From: Phoronis australis | Taxonomy: Eukaryota; Animalia; Phoronida | Assembly (NCBI GenBank): GCA_002633005.1 | Contig: NMRA01000018.1 | Coordinates: forward strand, 22,683 to 86,682 | Direction of reading: 5' to 3' | Length of the DNA: 64,000 nt | Part shown: positions 63,931 to 64,000 of the stretch, piece by piece | Layout of the letters: every line of letters begins with the position of its first letter | Numbering within the stretch: the first letter of the stretch is position 1 | Translations under genes and position numbers: made by a program | Notes under the pieces: generated by a model | The model's database searches: none | Told to the model about the DNA's origin: nothing | Seen by the model: only the letters and a program-made list of their open reading frames with translations

Positions 63931-64000
63931 AACTTGAGACGCAAACAGCGTCTTTCTCTATTCTGCAAAATTGGTGTGAAGTTGTTAAGGATCAGTTACT

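Overview
This is eukaryotic (metazoan, probably marine invertebrate) genomic DNA: AT-rich and intron-rich, with one N-gap (19622-19778) and single-N joins at 7756, 15030, 22073, 28894, 60732, 61537 and 62738. I reconstructed two spliced minus-strand genes by hand, and the ORF track barely shows either. One is an LMO4-type LIM-only gene (3 coding exons, 939-11422, 203 aa). The other is a complete TMEM175 lysosomal K+/H+ channel gene (16 coding exons, 29307-45957, 478 aa; all GT-AG, phases consistent). The remainder is intronic or intergenic and carries many small mobile elements. Most notable is a 503-bp miniature LTR element (TRIM, 54467-54969) whose LTRs contain a tRNA-like Pol III unit, with a tRNA-Ser PBS and a 4-bp TSD. 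It sits inside the left arm of a 5.15-kb foldback element (54365-59519; TGT..ACA ends, GACT TSD) built from modular hairpin+TGACGTCA units. Also present are a P-superfamily element carrying an intact THAP first exon upstream of LMO4, several duplications centred on TMEM175 exon boundaries, tRNA-derived SINEs, MITEs and minisatellites. All homology calls come from recall of family sequences; no database search was run.
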